Of a stretch of DNA of 64,000 nucleotides, positions 46,324-54,822 are shown in pieces. The position numbers and the translations under genes are program-made. The notes under the pieces are model-generated. The model was not told the origin of the DNA. It did not search any database and saw only the letters and a program-made list of their open reading frames with translations. Within the stretch, counting starts at the first letter, position 1; each line of letters begins with the position of its first letter. This DNA comes from Pseudomonadales bacterium (GTDB lineage: Bacteria; Patescibacteriota; Microgenomatia; UBA1400; PJMF01), in the NCBI GenBank assembly GCA_020632235.1, contig JACKFY010000002.1, forward strand, positions 163,954 to 227,953, read 5' to 3'.

Positions 46324-46727
46324 TATATGTAGACTCGTCAGTTTTTATTTCGTACTTATTTGCAGTAGATGATAACCATGCTCGTGCCCAAGAGCTACTA
46401 GGAAACATACCGGTTGACGAAATGCTTGCTTCATATAGCGTGGTTGGGGAAGTGTTAACGGTGGGTAGCCAGCGTTATGATAGAGCTGTGACCCTTTCAT
46501 TTATTCAGTACATGTTTAAAGAGCAGTGGCGATGCGTGAGGGAAGACGCAGATACACTAGACCGGACATTTCAAATATTCCAAACAATCACCCAAAAAAA
46601 TATCAGTTGGGTTGATTGTTACTCGGTGGCTGTTATGCAGAGCATGGGAGTGCGCCAGATTGCTACCTTTGACAAAGACTTTGTACAGCTAAAAGTAGTC
46701 TATCCAGAGCTAGAAGTTATGAGTTAG
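46320..46727 (+). CDS. vapC: PIN-domain toxin (VapC-like).
   Basis: IYVDSSVFISYLF motif. Confidence 0.65.
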   Translation: MIYVDSSVFISYLFAVDDNHARAQELLGNIPVDEMLASYSVVGEVLTVGSQRYDRAVTLSFIQYMFKEQWRCVREDADTLDRTFQIFQTITQKNISWVDCYSVAVMQSMGVRQIATFDKDFVQLKVVYPELEVMS

Positions 46728-46737
46728 TATCATCTAT

Positions 46738-48162
46738 ATGCAGCTCTACAACACCCTCACCCGTACCATCGAGCCAATCCAAGCAGACAATGACAAGAGT
46801 CTTGGTCTGTATGCCTGTGGCCCTACGGTGTATGACCACACCCATCTGGGGCACCTGAGGAAGTACATCATGGATGATGTGCTGGTGCGCGCACTGCGCC
46901 AGACGGGTTTTTCTGTCACGCATGTGCAGAATATTACCGACGTGGGGCACTTGACATCCGATGGAGACACGGGTGAAGACAAACTAGAGAAAGGTGCAAA
47001 AAAACAAGGCTTGACAGCCTGGCAGGTAGCCCAGCAGTTTGAAGAGTTTTACTGGCAGAGCATGGAGGCGGTTAACGTAGTGCGACCAGATGTTTCTTGC
47101 AGAGCAACTGATCATATTGAGAGCCAGCTCCAGCTAGTCAAAACTCTTGAGAAAAAGGGCTTCACCTATGTTATTGCCAGTGATGGGGTGTACTTTGATA
47201 CCTCGTTACTTGATGACTACGGCAAGCTTTCTGGTCAAAAACGAGAAGAGAAAAAGGCTGGTGCCAGGCTAGATTTGGTAGAAGGAAAACGAAACCCGAC
47301 AGACTTTGCTGTGTGGAAGTTTGAGCGCGAAGGTGAAAACAGAGCTATGGTGTGGCCCAGCCCCTGGGCAGAGCGTAGTTTCCCGGGTTGGCATATTGAG
47401 TGTAGCGCTATGAGCATGCAGTATCTCGGCCCTCAGTTTACCATTCACACGGGCGGTATTGACCACATCCCTGTGCATCACACCAATGAGATCGCTCAAT
47501 CAGAGGCAGCTATGGGCAAACAGCCGTTTGTGCGCTACTGGGTGCACCATAATTTTTTGCAGATCGAGGGTGAGAAAATGAGCAAGTCTTTGGGCAACTT
47601 TTTTACTGTTGAAGATTTAGAAAAACGAGGCATTCATCCACTGGCATTTCGCCTTCTACTTCTGGGCAGCCACTATCGCTCAGAACTTAATTTTACCTGG
47701 GAAAATGCCCTGGGTGCACAGTCTGCCTATATGAGATTGCTGCGGACAGTCGTCGAGCTGCCCGCTCAGTCAGAGCGTACCGTGTTGAGTCAAGACAAGC
47801 TCGAAAAAGTAGATAGGTATAGAGAACAATTCTTGGCAGCGCTTCATGCTGATCTCAACACGCCCCAGGCGCTCGCAACCATGTGGGAGGTGACAAAGTC
47901 CAACATTCCTAGTGGTGATAAGTACGATCTACTACTTTTTTTTGATGAGGTCTTTGGGTTGAAACTAAGCCACGCAGAAGAGGTGCTCAAAGAAATAGAC
48001 CAACTTCAGAAATCTCAAGAGCCAGAGATAACCCCAGAAATTCAGGCGCTACTAGACAAGCGAGCCACCGCCAGAGCGAACCAAGACTGGCAGACGGCCG
48101 ATACCATTCGTGACCAGCTGGTGGAGCTTGGGGTGAGCCTGCGGGATGGTTTTCTTAGTTGA
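46738..48162 (+). CDS. cysS: Cysteine--tRNA ligase.
   Basis: HLGH (HIGH) and KMSKS motifs; C-terminal anticodon-binding helical domain. Confidence 0.9.
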   Translation: MQLYNTLTRTIEPIQADNDKSLGLYACGPTVYDHTHLGHLRKYIMDDVLVRALRQTGFSVTHVQNITDVGHLTSDGDTGEDKLEKGAKKQGLTAWQVAQQFEEFYWQSMEAVNVVRPDVSCRATDHIESQLQLVKTLEKKGFTYVIASDGVYFDTSLLDDYGKLSGQKREEKKAGARLDLVEGKRNPTDFAVWKFEREGENRAMVWPSPWAERSFPGWHIECSAMSMQYLGPQFTIHTGGIDHIPVHHTNEIAQSEAAMGKQPFVRYWVHHNFLQIEGEKMSKSLGNFFTVEDLEKRGIHPLAFRLLLLGSHYRSELNFTWENALGAQSAYMRLLRTVVELPAQSERTVLSQDKLEKVDRYREQFLAALHADLNTPQALATMWEVTKSNIPSGDKYDLLLFFDEVFGLKLSHAEEVLKEIDQLQKSQEPEITPEIQALLDKRATARANQDWQTADTIRDQLVELGVSLRDGFLS

Positions 48163-48490
48163 GAATAATATTTTTTATTATAAGATGTTGCATTGTTAAT
48201 GCAATGATAGTCTTTTTCTGTCTTATTTGTAATATTAAAGCCGATAAAGTAAGGAAATTATGAGTTCTAAAGAGAGAGGGGGGGTGGAGGTCTCCACCGC
48301 AACCACTACGTCAGCGACTAACTCGGGTTGGTGAAAAAATAAATAGTGGCTTTGCAAGATTAAATCTTTTCTCTAGCCCTCCAAGAGACAAAAAAGATCA
48401 TCTTAATAGAGTTAGAATGGAAAAAGGAGTATTTTTTACTTCTGGGTTTTTAGCTGGAGCAGTTTTACATCTTTTGCTCAAGGATCAGAT

Positions 48491-49660
48491 GTGGGTAGAT
48501 TATTTCGTTCTATTTTATTTGCATCTTTAGGTAGTATTACTTATCTTAAGTCAAGAACTGTTGTTGGCTTATATGATTGGAATGCTGATGACAGATTTAT
48601 TAACTTTGCAGATCAGATTGAGCGGAATTTATTACTGTTTTCTTCTGGTTTTGCCGTTGGCGGATTTAGTCACATAGCTCTTGAGCAGCTTGCCAACCTA
48701 GATTTCTCTGATGTAGAGCAGTTGCTCCAAGCTGCTAACACTGATGGCGACGGTAAGATAGAGGCATACATTGCCACCCCAGACCCAGACCTACAAGAGG
48801 TTTCTTTATATCAAGATCCTACTCAAGTTTCGGGTCAGACAATTGAAGCAGTTGTTTTAGATCCAAATGAAATCACTCTCCCAGATTTAGAGAGTGGAGT
48901 AGAAATGCCTGACTTGAGTCTAGACGACTCACAAACAATGCAAGTACCAGATGACGCTCTTTCAGTAGGAAGTAGTTTTGAGAGTCAAGAGCCAACTGTT
49001 ACGACTCAAGATGTGGTAGTTTCACCACTTAGTGATGTACAAGAAGTAACTATCCCAGAACATGAGGTCACTACTTCCTTAGATGAGGCGCAATCGGCTC
49101 TAAACGTACCAGAAAATGACATGCAACCTCACCAACCAGAAGGAATATTAGGAGAAGAAGATATGTTGGTTGTGGAGGATATCGGGCAAGTTGCTGATGA
49201 ACTACCTCCAATTGTGGAAAAGGGCGGATTTTTGTATGACAGAGATCAAAGTTTAATCACTCACAATTTTCGCGAACTATATCAACAACATGAGAATATT
49301 TTTGGCACAGTAGACACTATTGCAGGTGTATCAAACGCAGATACTTTGTGGATGTATGCGGAGAGTGTTATAGAGAATAATCCTGATTTTCTTGGAATTT
49401 TGCAAAGGAGTGATGTTGACTACACAGATGCATTTGTCAACCAACTCTTGGAAATATCAGAAAGTACTCAAGATAATTTTTACTCCAGCTGTCAGCTCGT
49501 TGTTTTAAATGACCCAGACGGACTTCATGCACTTGCTACAGCTATGGTACAGGCAATAGAGTCTTCTGATCAATCAAGTGCGCTCACAGTAGGGTGGGGC
49601 GGCCGCAGGCCACTCAATACAGGTGAGATGCAAGGTATTCTGGCTGTCATTAGCCAATGA
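48491..49660 (+). CDS. Hypothetical highly acidic protein (389 aa). The GTG start is uncertain, and a possible frameshift against the upstream hydrophobic mini-ORF 48417-48530 cannot be excluded.
   Basis: ORF; the D/E-rich central region is probably disordered. Confidence 0.4.
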   Translation: MGRLFRSILFASLGSITYLKSRTVVGLYDWNADDRFINFADQIERNLLLFSSGFAVGGFSHIALEQLANLDFSDVEQLLQAANTDGDGKIEAYIATPDPDLQEVSLYQDPTQVSGQTIEAVVLDPNEITLPDLESGVEMPDLSLDDSQTMQVPDDALSVGSSFESQEPTVTTQDVVVSPLSDVQEVTIPEHEVTTSLDEAQSALNVPENDMQPHQPEGILGEEDMLVVEDIGQVADELPPIVEKGGFLYDRDQSLITHNFRELYQQHENIFGTVDTIAGVSNADTLWMYAESVIENNPDFLGILQRSDVDYTDAFVNQLLEISESTQDNFYSSCQLVVLNDPDGLHALATAMVQAIESSDQSSALTVGWGGRRPLNTGEMQGILAVISQ

Positions 49661-49715
49661 TTCTACACTAATGTGCTTTCTGTGACATTTTCCTCTTGCG
49701 GCGCTTTAAAAAATC

Positions 49716-50108
49716 ATGTTTAATGAAGCCATTATGAGACAAAGCCTCCTTGCCCAACTTGGCGATGTACTCGAACAGATCGTTCGTGATGAAGTTTCTC
49801 GCCAGCTTCAATCTAGCCCTACTGCTTCTGCACAGACTGGTGCTTCGGTTGCCCTGAGTGACTCAGCACCGAGCAATCCAGATTCCAGCACCCAAAACCA
49901 AGCAAAATGGGGCGATGACCTGATCAAGCAGCTCGAGGCTATGCGCGATGAGCGCCTGCAGCGCCAGGGCAATGCGCACGATGCAGTTGTGAGTGTTCCT
50001 AGTAGCGCTACTCCGTCAAGTAGGTCTGCTGTGTCCTCTGCAACAGCTGATACAAGCCTTGATGCTGCCAGAGGCTACCTCCAACGCATTAAAAGTGCTA
50101 AAATATAG
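49716..50108 (+). CDS. Hypothetical protein (130 aa).
   Basis: ORF only. Confidence 0.35.
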   Translation: MFNEAIMRQSLLAQLGDVLEQIVRDEVSRQLQSSPTASAQTGASVALSDSAPSNPDSSTQNQAKWGDDLIKQLEAMRDERLQRQGNAHDAVVSVPSSATPSSRSAVSSATADTSLDAARGYLQRIKSAKI

Positions 50109-50111
50109 TTC

Positions 50112-50336
50112 ATGAATGAAGAAATTGTTATTTCTGAGGGTAGAGCGCGCAGTCCTCGCCGTTTTGTCCGTCCCAAAGAAGGGAGGAAGATAGCTGGTGT
50201 TGCCATTGGCATGGCTAATTACTTTGGTGTCAGTGTCGTATTGGTCAGGCTTATCTGGGCGCTTCTCCTTCTTCCTGGCGGCCTTCCTGGTTTGATTCCC
50301 TACATTGTGTGTTGGTTTATTATTCCCAGCGAGTGA
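50112..50336 (+). CDS. PspC-domain membrane protein.
   Basis: KIAGVAIGMANYFGVSVVLVRLIW PspC signature. Confidence 0.7.
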   Translation: MNEEIVISEGRARSPRRFVRPKEGRKIAGVAIGMANYFGVSVVLVRLIWALLLLPGGLPGLIPYIVCWFIIPSE

Positions 50337-50455
50337 TCTTTCTGCTAGAGTATGCCTGTGTGCAAAACTCGGTTCTTATTTGTGGAGCGGCATTTGGATA
50401 GAGGAGTAAGTCATTACTATTTGACTTTTCATTATTTTTTCATAAAATAATGTGT

Positions 50456-50710
50456 ATGCAACACATAGTTTCTATTACTACTCAGGGACAGCTCACCGTC
50501 CCCGCCTCTGTCAGGAGAAAATTAGGCATCACTCACTCTACCAAAGCAATAGTGGAGCAGAGAGGTGGGTCATTTGTGGTAACACCAAAAAGGGATTTTT
50601 GGTCACTACCTGGTTCTTTGGCGAAAGGTGTTTCATTAACTGATGAAGAGCTGGAGCATGCTACTAGCTTATTTGAGAAAAACTGGGCTATGAATGAAAA
50701 AACTGGTTGA
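50456..50710 (+). CDS. AbrB/MazE-family antitoxin.
   Basis: TTQGQLTVPASVRRKLGI motif. Confidence 0.55.
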   Translation: MQHIVSITTQGQLTVPASVRRKLGITHSTKAIVEQRGGSFVVTPKRDFWSLPGSLAKGVSLTDEELEHATSLFEKNWAMNEKTG

Positions 50711-51101
50711 TACAAACGTTATTATTCGACTACTGCAAAAAGATGGTACAGCAGAGCAGTTTGCCCAAGCCAAGAAATGGTTTTTACAAGCAGAGCAAAA
50801 AGAGATCTCTTTGAAAATACCTACTATTGTAGTAGCAGAAACATGCTACGTGCTTGAGTCATTTTACCTGCATGATAGACCCACAATAGTTGCGACCATG
50901 AGCGTGTTGCTTTCTCAATCCTGGATAGAGGTTCCAGGCAGAACAATACTACAAAATAGCTGGAGGTGGTACATGCAAGGCTTTCATTTTGTTGACAGCA
51001 TGTTGCTTTCCGAGGCAGAGTATAAAAACTATGATATAGCAACATTTGATAAGAAAGTAGCAACTGCAGTCAAAGGTTTTGAGTTGTCCAAGGCGTATTG
51101 A
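50694..51101 (+). CDS. vapC: PIN-domain toxin (VapC-like).
   Basis: LVDTNVIIRLL motif. Confidence 0.7.
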   Translation: MKKLVDTNVIIRLLQKDGTAEQFAQAKKWFLQAEQKEISLKIPTIVVAETCYVLESFYLHDRPTIVATMSVLLSQSWIEVPGRTILQNSWRWYMQGFHFVDSMLLSEAEYKNYDIATFDKKVATAVKGFELSKAY

Positions 51102-51136
51102 CAACTTGGTCTAACTAGACTAGACTAGGTCTAGTC

Positions 51137-51364
51137 ATGAAAGTTATTAATATATACCAGGCAAAAACCCAGCTTTCACAGCTGGTTGACCGCTCCCTTG
51201 CAGGGGAAGAGATTGTGATCGGCCGGTATGGAAAGCCGGTGGTTTCTTTGCAGGTGGTGGCTCCTACCCCCACTCGCTCGTCCGGACTATTAGAAGGAAA
51301 AATTGTTATACCAAAAGACTTTGATGATGAAAATCCCGTAATAGAGGCGCTTTTTTATGAGTAA
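51137..51364 (+). CDS. Phd/YefM-family antitoxin.
   Basis: INIYQAKTQLSQLV...GEEIVI.RYGKPV motif. Confidence 0.6.
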   Translation: MKVINIYQAKTQLSQLVDRSLAGEEIVIGRYGKPVVSLQVVAPTPTRSSGLLEGKIVIPKDFDDENPVIEALFYE

Positions 51365-51758
51365 TGCATTATTACTCGATACACATGTGTTTCTTTGGTT
51401 TGTTGGAGATGATGACGCTCTTTCTGAGAAGGTAAGGCACTATATACGTGATTTTGATGGGCTAGTATACGTCAGCTCAATCTCTTTGTGGGAGATTCAA
51501 GTTAAGCATGAAATAGGCAAATTAGAACTTAACACCTCATTTGAAGAGATCACAGATGTAGTAGCGCAGAGTGGTTTTGAGCACCTATCATTTTCTGCTA
51601 GTCATGTAGTTGGTCTTTCATCTTTGCCACAGCTGCACAAAGATCCTTTCGACAGAGCGTTAGTTTCCCAGGCTTTGTATGAAGAATGTGTGTTATTTAC
51701 TGCTGACAAAAAGATTTTGCAGTATGAGTGTGAGATAATAGATGTGCGGTCATTTTGA
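51357..51758 (+). CDS. vapC: PIN-domain toxin (VapC-like).
   Basis: LLLDTHVFLWF motif. Confidence 0.7.
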   Translation: MSNALLLDTHVFLWFVGDDDALSEKVRHYIRDFDGLVYVSSISLWEIQVKHEIGKLELNTSFEEITDVVAQSGFEHLSFSASHVVGLSSLPQLHKDPFDRALVSQALYEECVLFTADKKILQYECEIIDVRSF

Positions 51759-51801
51759 AACTAGTGTTGTTCGGTATAATTTCTTAGAAAAAAGATAATC
51801 T

Positions 51802-52962
51802 ATGTCACTCTCAGTTGGAATTGTTGGCTTGCCAAATGTGGGTAAATCAACCCTTTTTAATGCACTTTTAAAGCAACAAGCAGCACTCGCTGCCAACTAC
51901 CCGTTTGCTACGATAGAGCCAAACGTGGGCGTGGTGCCCGTGCCCGATGAACGGCTGGAGGAGCTAGCGGTAGTTATTGCCGCCCAAACTCCAGGAGCCC
52001 AACAACAAGTGTCCCAAAACACCCCCGGCTCTCAGCCCGCCCCTCTTTCAAAGAGGGGATTGCCACCCATAAAGCCAGCTACCGTTGAGTTTGTTGATAT
52101 TGCAGGGCTGGTGAAAGGGGCGAGCGCTGGTGAAGGGCTGGGCAACCAGTTTCTCTCTCACATCCGCGAGGTTGACGTGATTGCGCAGGTGATCCGCGAC
52201 TTTAGTGACACGCAAGTACTTCGCGAGGGGAGTGTGGACGTGCAGAGCGACTTGGAAACAATCCAGATGGAGCTGCTTTTGGCAGACCTCAGCACCCTTG
52301 AGAAACAAAAAGAACCCAAAGCAACCAAAGACAAACAACTATTAGACCGCTGGGAGGTGATCCAAACGTTTTTGAGCACTGCACGAGAGGGGACGCAGCT
52401 ACGGGACGCCCTAGGGAGTCCAGAAGCCAGTCAGATTGCCAAAGAGCTGAACCTACTTACCACCAAACCAATACTGTACGTCCTCAACATTGATGAAGAG
52501 AGACTGCGCGAGAGTGACACGTTGGCGCGCGAGTACGCCGTGATGCTTGGTTGCTCGCAAACCCAAGTGGTGGTGGTGTCCGCCCAGATAGAGAGCGAGC
52601 TTTCGAGCCTGAGCGACAGCGACCAAGCGCTGTATCTCAAGGACCTTGGGTTAGCCCAAAGTGGTCTTGAGCGATTGATCACAACAGCCTACGAAACGCT
52701 CAAGTTGCAGAGTTTCCTCACGGCAGGAGAAAAAGAAGTCAGAGCCTGGACGATCCGCCAGGGCACAACTGCACCACAAGCAGCAGGCGTGATCCACACT
52801 GATTTTGAAAAAAAATTTATCAAGGCGAAAGTGAGCTCTTACGCAGACTTTGTTGCTCACAATGGCTGGAAGGGGGTGAAGGAATCTGGTCAACTGCGCC
52901 TGGAGGGCAGAGAGTACGTGATGCAGGAAGGCGATGTAGTAGAGTTTATGGTGGGATCTTAG
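51802..52962 (+). CDS. ychF: Ribosome-binding ATPase YchF (Obg-family GTPase). Carries a ~28-aa insertion that contains a hairpin repeat.
   Basis: GIVGLPNVGKSTLFNAL, FVDIAGLVKGAS.GEGLGN.FL and a C-terminal TGS domain. Insertion TPGAQQQVSQNTPGSQPAPLSKRGLPPIKP relative to E. coli YchF. Confidence 0.9.
   Translation: MSLSVGIVGLPNVGKSTLFNALLKQQAALAANYPFATIEPNVGVVPVPDERLEELAVVIAAQTPGAQQQVSQNTPGSQPAPLSKRGLPPIKPATVEFVDIAGLVKGASAGEGLGNQFLSHIREVDVIAQVIRDFSDTQVLREGSVDVQSDLETIQMELLLADLSTLEKQKEPKATKDKQLLDRWEVIQTFLSTAREGTQLRDALGSPEASQIAKELNLLTTKPILYVLNIDEERLRESDTLAREYAVMLGCSQTQVVVVSAQIESELSSLSDSDQALYLKDLGLAQSGLERLITTAYETLKLQSFLTAGEKEVRAWTIRQGTTAPQAAGVIHTDFEKKFIKAKVSSYADFVAHNGWKGVKESGQLRLEGREYVMQEGDVVEFMVGS
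52040..52058. repeat. CCCCTCTT-tca-AAGAGGGG hairpin repeat lying in-frame inside ychF (encodes ..PLSKRG..).
   Basis: Identical stem sequence to the intergenic repeats at 37046, 44041, 44098 and 60365. Confidence 0.7.
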
Positions 52963-52999
52963 GTAGTCTCCACACCCTCTTTTCAAATAGACATTTCAA

Positions 53000-53266
53000 G
53001 TGTATAATACGCTACATATGAACGTCATTACCGCCACTACTCTGAGAAACAATTTTTCCGATAGCATGCAGCAAGTTGCTGATGCAAAAGATTATTTGTT
53101 AGTAGCAAAACGAGGAAAAATTCAGTCTGCTGTGGTCAATATAGAGTTATTTGAAGAGCTATTAGATCTTCGAGACTCTTCCTATCTTAAAAGCATTCAG
53201 AAAGCAAGAAAAGAGTACGAAACTGGTGACGCGTTGAGTCATGACGAAGTGTTTGGAGAGCTTTAG
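53000..53266 (+). CDS. Phd/YefM-family antitoxin.
   Basis: ITATTLRNNFSDSM profile; overlaps the RelE-like gene. Confidence 0.6.
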   Translation: MYNTLHMNVITATTLRNNFSDSMQQVADAKDYLLVAKRGKIQSAVVNIELFEELLDLRDSSYLKSIQKARKEYETGDALSHDEVFGEL

Positions 53267-53520
53267 TGTACAGCGTTGTGTATACAAACCAAGCAATCAA
53301 GGATATCAAAAAACTTGATGCAGTATCCAAAAAGAAACTTGGCAAAAAGATACTGTTGTATGTAGCAGATCTTCTTGTGCATGCAAGAAAATTAGTACAC
53401 TCTGATCTGGGTTCATACCGTTGGCGAGTGGGAAAACTTCGAGTGGTATTTGATCTTGACGAGCACAATACTACCATTGTGGTGCTCAGAGTTCGTTTCC
53501 GCAGAGATATCTATAGGTAG
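53266..53520 (+). CDS. RelE/ParE-family toxin.
   Basis: ..Y.V.Y...A.KD.KKLD......I......L...P......L.G....YR.RVG.LRVVF.......T..V..V..R. profile. Confidence 0.65.
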   Translation: MYSVVYTNQAIKDIKKLDAVSKKKLGKKILLYVADLLVHARKLVHSDLGSYRWRVGKLRVVFDLDEHNTTIVVLRVRFRRDIYR

Positions 53521-53628
53521 TATTGCCCCAGTCGCTATGTTTTTTTTGTGATACACTACACACAACACCTTCTCTCACGTTCGTAGTGAGAGATCCAATA
53601 GCTCTTCGGGTGTAGAACAGGAGTATCT

Positions 53629-54012
53629 ATGAAACTAGCGAAAAAAACAGCAGCTCGTCAGTATGAGGTAACGTACCTCATACCTTCTTCGCTTTCGACC
53701 TCGGAACAAAAAGCACTCCATGATGCTGTGCAGGCCCTTATTTCCAAACACTCTGGGACGGTTGTTAATAGTGATGACTGGGGGGTAAAAGAGCTGGCGT
53801 ACACCATTATTGTTGGGGGCGAGCGCTATCATGAGGCAGTCTACACTCATCTTCTTGCAGACCTTGACGGAGCAACTATTTCCAAACTAGAAAAAGATCT
53901 AGGAATACTCAAAGGGGTGATTCGTCACCTGGTAGTTCGAGCAGATGAGGCAGACACCTCTTCCACTAGCAAAGCAAGTACAAAAGCAAGCAAAGAAACA
54001 AGCGAAGAGTAA
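53629..54012 (+). CDS. rpsF: 30S ribosomal protein S6.
   Basis: RQYEVTYLI start and acidic C-terminal tail; rpsF-ssb-rpsR order. Confidence 0.8.
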   Translation: MKLAKKTAARQYEVTYLIPSSLSTSEQKALHDAVQALISKHSGTVVNSDDWGVKELAYTIIVGGERYHEAVYTHLLADLDGATISKLEKDLGILKGVIRHLVVRADEADTSSTSKASTKASKETSEE

Positions 54013-54033
54013 ACACTACGAAGGAAAGGCTCT

Positions 54034-54519
54034 ATGGCGTCACGATCATTAAATAAAGTGCAGTTGATTGGCAATCTTACCCGCGATCCAGAGTTGCGAT
54101 ACATTCCTAGTGGGGCAGCAGTGTGTTCATTTGGGCTGGCTACCAACCGCAGTTGGACATCTGATAGTGGTGAAAAACAAGAGTCAGTCGAGTTTCACAA
54201 CATCACTGCCTGGAGAAAACTAGCCGAGATTTGCGATCAACTACTTGGTAAGGGCGACAAAGTCTACATTGAGGGTAGGCTGCAAACCCGCAGCTGGACA
54301 GGCGAGGACGGCAACGAGCGTAAGACAACAGATATTGTAGCTGAAAACATGATCTTATTGCGTTCCATCAAAGGTGCTGATGGTGAGTATGAAAGCACTG
54401 GTGATAAAAAATCAGCTCCATCAGCAAAATCAAAGAGTGGTAGTAAATCACAAGATGATCCAGAGCCAAAAGAAGAAGCAAGCGCGGTAGAAGATATCTC
54501 TGACGATATTCCATTTTAG
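54034..54519 (+). CDS. ssb: Single-stranded DNA-binding protein.
   Basis: OB fold; C-terminal acidic tip DDIPF. Confidence 0.9.
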   Translation: MASRSLNKVQLIGNLTRDPELRYIPSGAAVCSFGLATNRSWTSDSGEKQESVEFHNITAWRKLAEICDQLLGKGDKVYIEGRLQTRSWTGEDGNERKTTDIVAENMILLRSIKGADGEYESTGDKKSAPSAKSKSGSKSQDDPEPKEEASAVEDISDDIPF

Positions 54520-54554
54520 TAGTAGATACCTCTTAAAAAACAGACACTCATTCT

Positions 54555-54782
54555 ATGCCAAAGCGAAAAAGTCCTAGAAAAATCATTAGAAAAGTAAAAG
54601 TACCCAAAGGCGTGGTGCTCAGCTATAAAGACAGCGAGACACTCAAGCTGTTTGTTACCGAGCAAGGTGCTTTGTTACCCAGAGAAGCCACTACCTTGAG
54701 TCAAAAAAACCAGCGCAAGCTAGCCCGAGAGGTTAAGCGCGCACGCCACTTGGCGCTACTGCCGTTTACCCAGACTCTGTGA
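54555..54782 (+). CDS. rpsR: 30S ribosomal protein S18.
   Basis: bS18 profile; operon context. Confidence 0.85.
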   Translation: MPKRKSPRKIIRKVKVPKGVVLSYKDSETLKLFVTEQGALLPREATTLSQKNQRKLAREVKRARHLALLPFTQTL

Positions 54783-54822
54783 GTGCTCGTCGGCCGACGG
54801 AGGGAAATCTACTTGGACTCCT

